DNA of 64,000 nucleotides, from positions 23,402 through 87,401 of IMG/VR virus record IMGVR_UViG_3300047359_001782; one strand, 5' to 3'. The position numbers and the translations under genes were made by a program. Below the pieces are notes generated by a model, which worked only from the letters and a program-made list of their open reading frames with translations, had not been told where the DNA came from and searched no databases. Each line of letters opens with the position of its first letter. Position 1 is the stretch's first letter. Source of the DNA: a virus. Taxonomy: Duplodnaviria > Caudoviricetes. This document shows, piece after piece, positions 56,608 to 64,000 of the stretch.

Positions 56608-56987
56608 ATAAATTTATCGGACTAGGCAATTTAACCAAAGACCCAAACTTTAAAAACTTAAACAACGGAAACAATGTTTGTGAGTTCTCGATAGCAATAA
56701 ACAACAAAGCAAATAATTCAGTTTTTTTTATTGATGTAGAATCTTGGGGTAATGTAGCAGAAAACTGCAAGCGCTTCCTATCAAAAGGAAGAAAAGTTTT
56801 AATAGAAGGAAGATTGATGTCCAGCAATTGGACGTCAAAATCAGGAGAAAAAAGAACAAAAACCTTCTGCAGGGCAGATCTCGTTACGTTCCTTGATAAC
56901 TCTCAGCAAGAATCTCAAGAAAAAAGTATTGAAGAAAAAGCAAAACAAATAATAGAAGACGATCAATTCGCAGATATACCATTTTAA
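56604..56987 (+). CDS. ssb: Single-stranded DNA-binding protein
   Basis: GNLTKDP, FSIAIN, WG.VAE..L.KG.KVLIEGRL; ends DIPF. Confidence 0.95.
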   Translation: MNKFIGLGNLTKDPNFKNLNNGNNVCEFSIAINNKANNSVFFIDVESWGNVAENCKRFLSKGRKVLIEGRLMSSNWTSKSGEKRTKTFCRADLVTFLDNSQQESQEKSIEEKAKQIIEDDQFADIPF

Positions 56988-56988
56988 T

Positions 56989-58044
56989 ATGAATAAAATA
57001 ATTTATAAAGCCCCACTAAATTCACTATCCTTTGGTAATGTTTCATTTAATTTACTAAAAGAAATGTACAAAAGAAAAATGGAAGTATCTATGTTTCCTA
57101 TAGGCAATGTAGATGTTAGTTCTTATGGAGAACAGGATGATGGCTTCAAAAAATGGCTTCAAGAGTGCATATCTAATAGATTTGAAAATCTTAATAAAGA
57201 AACCACAACCTTACAGCTATGGCATTTAAACGGATCAGAGCAAAGAATATCATCTAGGCAAATATTATATACATTTTATGAATTAGATAACCCAACTCTT
57301 GCAGAAAAAAGCTTATCAAATCTTCAGGACAAAACAGTATTCAGCAGTACTTACGCTTCAAATCAATTCGAAGGGTCTCATTTTTCCCCGCTTGGTTTTG
57401 ATACTTCATTCTATAAAACAGGAAAAGAATACATGCCAGATAAAATCCACTTCGGGTTAATGGGAAAATTCGAAAAAAGAAAACATACAGAAAAAATAAT
57501 AAAAGCCTGGATAAAGAAGTATGGAAATAATTACAAATACCAATTATCATGTTGTATAACAAATCCTTTCTTTAAAAAAGGTCAAATGGAATCAGTTATA
57601 GCAAACATACTTGAAGGAGAAAGGTATGGCAATATAAACTTCCTACCTTTTTTACCTAAAAACCAGCAAGTAAATGATTTTTTGAATTCAATAGATATAG
57701 ACTTAGGAGGAATGAGTGGAGCCGAAGGGTGGAACCTTCCCTCTTTTAATGCAACCTGCTTAGGTAAGTGGAGTATCGTGTTAAACTCGACGAGTCATAC
57801 AGATTGGGCGAATAACAAAAATAGTGTAATAGTCGAGCCTTCAGGGAAAGAAAACGCAGAAGATGGAATATTTTTCACCAAAGATTCTCAATTTAATACA
57901 GGTAATATTTTTACATTCAGCGAAGAAGAATTTATATTTGCAATGGAAATTGCGGAATCAAAATGTAAAATAAGTAATACAGAAGGAGAAAAACTAAAAG
58001 AGCAATTTACTTACTCTAAAACTTTAGATAATATCTTAAAATAA
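56989..58044 (+). CDS. GT4-like glycosyltransferase
   Basis: PLGFD, GKFEKRK and SGAEGWNLPSFNATCLGK. Confidence 0.8.
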   Translation: MNKIIYKAPLNSLSFGNVSFNLLKEMYKRKMEVSMFPIGNVDVSSYGEQDDGFKKWLQECISNRFENLNKETTTLQLWHLNGSEQRISSRQILYTFYELDNPTLAEKSLSNLQDKTVFSSTYASNQFEGSHFSPLGFDTSFYKTGKEYMPDKIHFGLMGKFEKRKHTEKIIKAWIKKYGNNYKYQLSCCITNPFFKKGQMESVIANILEGERYGNINFLPFLPKNQQVNDFLNSIDIDLGGMSGAEGWNLPSFNATCLGKWSIVLNSTSHTDWANNKNSVIVEPSGKENAEDGIFFTKDSQFNTGNIFTFSEEEFIFAMEIAESKCKISNTEGEKLKEQFTYSKTLDNILK

Positions 58045-58388
58045 TGCCTCTATACACATACGAACACCCTAAAACTAAAGAAATTATAGACGTAATCCAA
58101 GGGATGAACGATGAGCATGTTCACATAGACGAAAAAGGTGTTGAATGGAAAAGAATCTGGAACGTGCCTCAAGCAAGCATAGACTCCTCCTCAGATCCTT
58201 TTGATAATCAAGCATTTAAAAATAAAACTGCAAACCAAAAAGGTTCTTACGGAGATCTAATTGATCAAAGTAAAGAGATGAGTCAAAAAAGAAAAGATAA
58301 GCTAGGATATGACCCTATTCAAAAAAAATACTTCAAAGAATACAGCGAGAAAAGACGAGGAATAAAGCATCCTTTAGATAAAAGCTAA
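58044..58388 (+). CDS. FmdB-like protein lacking zinc cysteines
   Basis: MPLYTY..IDVIQGMND..WKRI..P pattern. Confidence 0.55.
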   Translation: MPLYTYEHPKTKEIIDVIQGMNDEHVHIDEKGVEWKRIWNVPQASIDSSSDPFDNQAFKNKTANQKGSYGDLIDQSKEMSQKRKDKLGYDPIQKKYFKEYSEKRRGIKHPLDKS

Positions 58389-58411
58389 AAAAAAGTGTAA
58401 TACTTTCCGTT

Positions 58412-59167
58412 ATGTCTAGCTCGGAAAAGTATAAAAATAACCCTCTATATGGAGATATAACTAGATTAGATCACCTATCTCCTCAACCAACATTTGCATA
58501 TTCGTGGAATATAGAAACATCCACATGGGAACCAAATACCTCTGAACCTCAAGTGTTAAAAGTTTCTCCTTCTTACAAGACCTTAACTAAAACAGTTGAA
58601 CAAAAAATAGAGGAAGATTTTTTCTTACTAGAAAACATAACAGATGAATTAAGGTATGGAGTTTATTCGGGCGAATGCTTTGGAGAAGACAAATTTATCA
58701 TGGACGACATATTTAATGTTCATTTTGAAAACGCAAGAACAAATCCTAGTACGCCTGAAACAGGTCATCCAGACTATTTTATTCATACGGAACATACAGA
58801 CACGGGCAGGTGTATCGAATCAAATGGAGTTTTTCATAGCGACACTTCATATGGGCTTAGGGCTGAAAATAAAGACTCATCAACAATCAATTCTTATCAA
58901 TTAAAAGACTTCTCTAATTTATACGAATCTGGAGTTGCAGAAAGTGTTATATTATTCAATGAATCCCCTTATCCTATTCAATTTCATACAGCAAACAAAA
59001 CAACTAACGGAGACTTGAAGTACGGAAGTATATTATATTTATATCCTGACGGAGCGGTACAAATAAACACTAATGAAGCCAGTAATGTTTTTATTAAAAG
59101 GCCCCACACTATATCAGGATATACAGTTAAATATGCAATAAACTATAGAGAAACTGAATCCTTGTAA
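58412..59167 (+). CDS. Hypothetical late protein
   Basis: 251-aa acidic ORF after a GTGTA motif. Confidence 0.65.
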   Translation: MSSSEKYKNNPLYGDITRLDHLSPQPTFAYSWNIETSTWEPNTSEPQVLKVSPSYKTLTKTVEQKIEEDFFLLENITDELRYGVYSGECFGEDKFIMDDIFNVHFENARTNPSTPETGHPDYFIHTEHTDTGRCIESNGVFHSDTSYGLRAENKDSSTINSYQLKDFSNLYESGVAESVILFNESPYPIQFHTANKTTNGDLKYGSILYLYPDGAVQINTNEASNVFIKRPHTISGYTVKYAINYRETESL

Positions 59168-59754
59168 TGCAATTTTTTGAAACACAAAAAGCTATAAAGA
59201 GGGTTGGGCCTCAAAAATATGTTATAGGACAAAACCCATTGCAACCCCAGTTATCTCTAGATGGAGACACCCTGCAAGTCAAAAATATACAAGCCGCCAC
59301 AGGTCTATTCATTAGTGGAATTAATTTCATAGAATATATTACTGGAGACATATCTATAGGGGGGAATTTTGAAAATCAATTTTATTCACATAGACATAAT
59401 TTAACAGAAGCTTTTGAAGAGGACGAGAATGGAGACTTAATGCCTTCTGAGGCGCAAGGAGTCTCTGACCCAATCTGGATACTTAAAAACGAAAACGATC
59501 TAGAACTAAGAGCTAATCATTGGAGGCGCAATGAAGGCAACGAATCTTTTACTGAAGACGTATCCATAGGTATATATGAAGAAGATTACTTAGAGAATGG
59601 AAAATTTAATTCTTTAAAGTTTGGATCACACCCAATACCTACCGGAATTAATGCTTCAGGGGAAATTGGTCAAGTATCTTATTCAAAAGATAGCCTATAC
59701 CTTTGCGTAGGCGAAAATGAATGGAAAAGAATGCTTTTGGTAGATTTTGAATAA
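59167..59754 (+). CDS. Virion structural protein
   Basis: C-terminal PT...SG..GQ.....LYLCVGENEWKR module typical of phage fibres. Confidence 0.6.
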   Translation: MQFFETQKAIKRVGPQKYVIGQNPLQPQLSLDGDTLQVKNIQAATGLFISGINFIEYITGDISIGGNFENQFYSHRHNLTEAFEEDENGDLMPSEAQGVSDPIWILKNENDLELRANHWRRNEGNESFTEDVSIGIYEEDYLENGKFNSLKFGSHPIPTGINASGEIGQVSYSKDSLYLCVGENEWKRMLLVDFE

Positions 59755-59771
59755 ACAGTGTAATATATTAG

Positions 59772-62360
59772 ATGGCCACAAAAAATTTAGTCCCAAGAAA
59801 CAGCGGAGAAGGTAGCGTAGGTAAAATATCTAAACCCTGGGAATCCGGAGTTTTCGACAACCTGTATATCAAAGGCGTAGAATTTACTGCAGATCAATCG
59901 CTCGAAACTGGAGATAATGTTGAATTTAATAGCGGTAATTTCATAAATGGGCTAACAGTGGGCGGAATTGATGTGGCAACATCTGTTGATTCAATACAGC
60001 AAACATTAGAAGAAAGTTCTCCATTTATATTCTTCTCAGACGTATTAGATAATATAGGAGTTACTGATAAAACTTTTTACGAAAATACTCCTAATTCCGA
60101 AACTCATTTATCAGGAGTTGTAGTTGCAAAAGCGGAAGATATAAAAGCATATATTCAATGGGACGGACCTAATGATGAATACATTGGTCAAGCCTCAATT
60201 AACGGACAACAAATTCCTTTAAGCAATATATCTCAATTAGGTACAGACACAAGAAGATTTGAAGGTTATTTAGATAATTTAAATTTGATAGGAGAAACAG
60301 GTATAACTGGAGAGGCTAATGGTAGATCAGTAGTTTTACCCATATCAGAGCTAGGAGGAGGTCCGACACCAAATAATATACTCATTGATTCAATATCTAA
60401 TTCCACAGCTAAACCAGGAGAAGAGAAAGGATTAAGTCATTTAAAAGAAGGGGATTCGATCAACATATATATAGATTTTCCAACCAATGATGTAGATCTT
60501 ATAAAAATTCATGATTACGGAATAGCTAAAGAAATAGATTTCACCAATTACTCCCTTCAAAATGTGAATGGTTTTTATAGAGCTACTATCCCTATAGAGG
60601 TCTCAAGTCGAGAGGGGTCTCTTTCTGTAGCCGTACAAGCAATAAATTCTTTTGGGACTACAGGAGAATTAAAAGAGTCCTCAGACTTTGATCATGCTAG
60701 TGGAACAAGAGATGTAGATCAAACTTATCCTACAATCAACGCATCAAATCCCACATCATATAATGGAAGATCTGATGGCTTAAGAGAAGGAGAATCAACG
60801 TCATTTTCGAATACAATTTCAAATTGGATAAATAATACAGATACAGTCTCATACACACCGTTATCAAATGATATCTCAATAAACAATCAAAACACCTATT
60901 CTTCACTTAAAACAGTTAATTATCAAGGAGGGATATATAATAATTCAGACAATCTAGAAATATATGCGGTTCGAGTAGGTAATGGAGCTACAGACCGAAA
61001 AAGAGTTAATGTCAAAATAGCAAATGGACCAGTTATAGTTTCGACTCAAATGGATTCTCTAGCATCTTCAGCATCCAGCCCTCACATAGTAGGCACTACT
61101 GAAGTTAAAGCTGGAGACGTATTAAATGCAAAAATAGAAGTAGACGGAAAAGGTGTTTCTATAAATGATATATCTATATCTTTATCGAACTCAGGAATAA
61201 GCGATGGCTCGCAGATCTCCTACTCTTCAAGTTATTCAAAAACAACTTTATTAAACGGAAACTTTGAATTCTCTATTCCAATAAATGTATACGGAACATT
61301 AGGATATTCAACAAGAGACGGAGATCAACCCGCAACTTTTACCGCTAGAAATAATTTCGGAACATTAAGCGATCCAGTAACTACTACAGATACCGCAAGA
61401 ATATTAAATGGCATAATTCCCACAATAAACATATCAAACATTAATTATCCAATATATCAAGAAGCATTAAAACAACAAGAGTCTGCATCAATTGACATAG
61501 AAATATTAAACAAGGATTCAGTAGAATACTCTTCCCCTAACTCCCAGCTTTTAATATCTAATCCAAATACATATACTTTCACAAAATATTGCGCACGCAT
61601 TTCTGGATCATATAACATTGATGGAGATAATGGTGAAAATAATTTAAAAATATCTGCAATAAAAACCTCAAATGGTGTCTATGTGCAAGATTATGCAATA
61701 ATTAATATAGCAAACTCTCCACTAGATCTAACAATACTAAACTTAAACTCTTTATTAAACAGTTCGCCTGAAGGAGAAGATTACTCTTTTAACCTGCAAT
61801 CCAATCAATTAATGATCTCTTCTCCTACATTAAGCATTGATTCCTCGCAAGCATCCCCTTCAATTTTATCAATAAATTCTTCAGGTACAGGCAAAATAAG
61901 CAATTCCTTCATCTTAACAGTGTCGGATACAGACACTAAGGGTACGTTTAATTGGGTGGTTTCCGCAACAAATTTAGCGGGAATTACAACTACCACAATA
62001 GCAACAAATCCGACTTATACACTACAAGGATTTAATTCAAGAACAATTATAGCTTCACCGAATAACTTAGGCGCAGGTCTTGCGCCAGTAGGCACTTCAG
62101 TGACAAACCCCAATAATTTATCTTTCGAAAATGTATCCGAAGGTGGTACAGCTCCAAATGGAGGAACGATTTATACATACGAAAGCTATTCAGATGGAAT
62201 CCAACTAGATAATTCTTATGATTTAAATAATAAATTTACTGTATGTGATTCAAACGGAATCACAGATAGTAATGGAGACCATGTTTTTAATTTAGATAAG
62301 TTAAACAGGTCAGCAAATAGTTCTACGGCAAACCCAGCAACTTTTATTGTTTCAGAATAA
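59772..62360 (+). CDS. Large Ser/Thr/Asn-rich virion protein with Ig-like repeats
   Basis: N-terminal LVPR..EG.VG..KPW fibre-type motif; internal repeats (PTI..S...Y...L..ES). Confidence 0.6.
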   Translation: MATKNLVPRNSGEGSVGKISKPWESGVFDNLYIKGVEFTADQSLETGDNVEFNSGNFINGLTVGGIDVATSVDSIQQTLEESSPFIFFSDVLDNIGVTDKTFYENTPNSETHLSGVVVAKAEDIKAYIQWDGPNDEYIGQASINGQQIPLSNISQLGTDTRRFEGYLDNLNLIGETGITGEANGRSVVLPISELGGGPTPNNILIDSISNSTAKPGEEKGLSHLKEGDSINIYIDFPTNDVDLIKIHDYGIAKEIDFTNYSLQNVNGFYRATIPIEVSSREGSLSVAVQAINSFGTTGELKESSDFDHASGTRDVDQTYPTINASNPTSYNGRSDGLREGESTSFSNTISNWINNTDTVSYTPLSNDISINNQNTYSSLKTVNYQGGIYNNSDNLEIYAVRVGNGATDRKRVNVKIANGPVIVSTQMDSLASSASSPHIVGTTEVKAGDVLNAKIEVDGKGVSINDISISLSNSGISDGSQISYSSSYSKTTLLNGNFEFSIPINVYGTLGYSTRDGDQPATFTARNNFGTLSDPVTTTDTARILNGIIPTINISNINYPIYQEALKQQESASIDIEILNKDSVEYSSPNSQLLISNPNTYTFTKYCARISGSYNIDGDNGENNLKISAIKTSNGVYVQDYAIINIANSPLDLTILNLNSLLNSSPEGEDYSFNLQSNQLMISSPTLSIDSSQASPSILSINSSGTGKISNSFILTVSDTDTKGTFNWVVSATNLAGITTTTIATNPTYTLQGFNSRTIIASPNNLGAGLAPVGTSVTNPNNLSFENVSEGGTAPNGGTIYTYESYSDGIQLDNSYDLNNKFTVCDSNGITDSNGDHVFNLDKLNRSANSSTANPATFIVSE

Positions 62361-62549
62361 TTAAACTGAATCAAAATCAGCTTTAGTACAAAATTTTGTT
62401 AATTTAGTTCCATCCTCATCTACAGCTTTTAAAGAATATCTTATAGATAATTTTCCTGCCTTAGTAGTCTTTTCATATGTTTTTTTAGAAACTTTTTCTT
62501 CAGGTATTAATACCTTTTGTTTTTTCTTTACATTATAAAACTCTATCAT
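62361..62549 (-). CDS. Small basic protein
   Basis: FYNVKKKQKV..RYSLKA..DGTKLTKF; resembles small Cren7/DUF5679-like chromatin proteins (weak). Confidence 0.6.
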   Translation of the reverse strand: MIEFYNVKKKQKVLIPEEKVSKKTYEKTTKAGKLSIRYSLKAVDEDGTKLTKFCTKADFDSV

Positions 62550-62558
62550 AGTTTATGA

Positions 62559-63239
62559 TTATAAAGGCTTTTGATTTTTTGTCAATAATTCAAATATAGA
62601 TTTCTTAATATCAGGATTTCCCTTGTGCCACTTATACATTATATCATTCCTAATATGATGTATCTGTTTTTGCATTTTTTGTATCTCTTTCTTTAATTGG
62701 CTTATAAATTCTGGAGATATATTTTTAATACCTATATTTAGCTCTAAGGCTACCTTTAGTATTTTGCGAAAATCTCCGTTTTGTTTTCCCTCTATAACCT
62801 CATTATACATATCTAGTCTTTCATTCAATTCGTCTTTTGGTAAGTTTTTATTTAAATCTGGATGAGTTTTTTTAACAACTTCTCGAAATAAATCATTCAT
62901 CTCATCGTTAGATAACTCAGTAGATCCATCTCTTTCATCAGGAACGGACTGAAATGGGTCTTGTATTTTTTTATTATTACAGTAATCAAGCATTTTACCT
63001 ATAAAATCTCTTCTAATTTCATCAAATTCTTCAACTAAGTCTTCATATTCCATATTCAAATATATAGCTTTATGCCTTAATTTATTAAATATTTTCTTTA
63101 ACTTTTTTTGAGCTTGAGGTTCAGAATATCTTGTTGGTAAATTTTCTTTAATAAACTTTTTATTGCCAGGCTCATATTTGCCCAGAGGATGCTTCTCTCT
63201 CTCCGAAAATAAATCATTAAACAAATCTTTTTCATTCAT
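62559..63239 (-). CDS. J-domain (DnaJ-like) co-chaperone protein
   Basis: LFREVVKKTHPDLN with the HPD motif, flanked by coiled coils. Confidence 0.75.
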   Translation of the reverse strand: MNEKDLFNDLFSEREKHPLGKYEPGNKKFIKENLPTRYSEPQAQKKLKKIFNKLRHKAIYLNMEYEDLVEEFDEIRRDFIGKMLDYCNNKKIQDPFQSVPDERDGSTELSNDEMNDLFREVVKKTHPDLNKNLPKDELNERLDMYNEVIEGKQNGDFRKILKVALELNIGIKNISPEFISQLKKEIQKMQKQIHHIRNDIMYKWHKGNPDIKKSIFELLTKNQKPL

Positions 63240-63253
63240 ATATTATTTTACAC

Positions 63254-63279
63254 AAAAAAGGCGGTCCCTAAGGACCGCC
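63254..63279 (-). terminator. Intrinsic terminator
   Basis: GGCGGTCC-TTAG-GGACCGCC-TTTTTT on the minus strand, after the fibre gene. Confidence 0.88.
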
Positions 63280-63302
63280 AAAAATAAACAAATATTTTTC
63301 TA

Positions 63303-64000
63303 TTAAACAGAAGCTAAAACTTCCAATGTGTAGTCATTACTAGTTGCAATATCATCACTAAGCTGGAATACAGCTTCAGTTGTTGATATGCTTGATAATT
63401 GACACGCAATAATTGGAGAGCTCGATCCAGCTTTCATGATACCAATTACTTTTGGCGCAGAAGCAAATGTTCTACCAAAAGTTACGGTAACTTCGCTAAT
63501 TGGCGAGTTTTCTGTTCCGTTAATAGCTTGACTTATCGCAACAACGTCATTAGTTGATATATCTGCAGCTAAACTGGAGATATCAACATCAAGATCAGAT
63601 GTTCCAGCTGAGCTTACAGCAGCAAGGCTGGAGATGTCTGTATCATGACCAGAATCGATTGAAGCGAGACTTGAAACGTCAACACTAAGATCAGATTCGT
63701 TTTTAACGTCTGCAGCTTGTAGGCTAGAGATATCAACGCTAAGATCAGATTCGTTTTTAACGTCTACAGCTTGAAGGCTGGAGATGTCTGTATCATGACC
63801 AGAATCGATTGAAGCGAGACTTGAAACGTCAACGCTAAGATCAGATTCGTTTTTAACGTCTGCAGCTTGAAGGCTGGAGATATCAACATCAAGATCAGAT
63901 GTTCCAGCTGAGCTTACAGCAGCAAGGCTGGAGATGTCTGTATCATGACCAGAATCGATTGAAGCGAGACTTGAAACGTCAACACTAAGATCAGATTCGT
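63303..64000 (-). CDS. C-terminal part of a coiled-coil repeat fibre with H-lectin/gp53-like tip (5' truncated)
   Basis: Not in the ORF track; hand translation gives repeats ending D(I/V)SSL, then VTVTFGRTFASAPKVIG..ISTTEAVF..YTLEVLASV*. Confidence 0.75.
   Translation of the reverse strand, partial: ESDLSVDVSSLASIDSGHDTDISSLAAVSSAGTSDLDVDISSLQAADVKNESDLSVDVSSLASIDSGHDTDISSLQAVDVKNESDLSVDISSLQAADVKNESDLSVDVSSLASIDSGHDTDISSLAAVSSAGTSDLDVDISSLAADISTNDVVAISQAINGTENSPISEVTVTFGRTFASAPKVIGIMKAGSSSPIIACQLSSISTTEAVFQLSDDIATSNDYTLEVLASV
63565..64000 (-). repeat. Coding tandem repeats of 42-nt and 54-nt units
   Basis: Near-identical DNA units encoding ASIDSGHDTDISSL, QAADVKNESDLSVDVSSL and AAVSSAGTSDLDVDISSL. 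Confidence 0.9.

Noticed and set aside
63565-64000. Possible CRISPR array
   Set aside because: No unique spacers; unit lengths are multiples of 3 and lie in an open reading frame.
1-64000. Stop-codon reassignment or cellular origin
   Set aside because: Genes are intact and dense under the standard code with all three stops used; host-like genes are interspersed with a full tail module.

Overview
AT-rich 64-kb fragment of a large tailed dsDNA phage (standard genetic code, dense overlapping genes, few Shine-Dalgarno sites). No sheath gene is present and the tail tip is lambda-like, so the tail is probably non-contractile. Left arm (1-12 kb): glycosyltransferases, a papain-family protease, nucleotide-metabolism genes (dUTPase, dCMP deaminase, GMP reductase, Ndt-like, MazG-like), RuvB-like ATPase with resolvase-like nucleases, a standalone WYL protein, a complete tmRNA, and a GNAT/citrate-synthase-like/unknown cassette. 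Centre (12-50 kb): tail morphogenesis module (tube paralogs, chaperones, 2724-aa tape measure, gpM/L/K/I-J-like tip, fibres). Right (50-64 kb): glycosyltransferases including a GT9 split across two genes, a Whirly-like ssDNA-binding protein, an HTH gene beside a candidate replication origin, dNMP kinase, sigma factor, SSB, J-domain protein and a repeat-rich fibre. The most interesting signal is the tape measure protein, which is divided by repeated G-x-[IV]-P-N-[FY]-A and GG-x-[IV]-x-x-[FY]-[AS]-x-GG motifs into cassettes, one resembling a PD-(D/E)XK nuclease. This suggests an injected, processed cargo polyprotein. Two promoter classes (host sigma70-type and a GTGTA motif) both appear to make mostly leaderless mRNAs. 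All family calls are by-eye motif recognition; no database searches were run.
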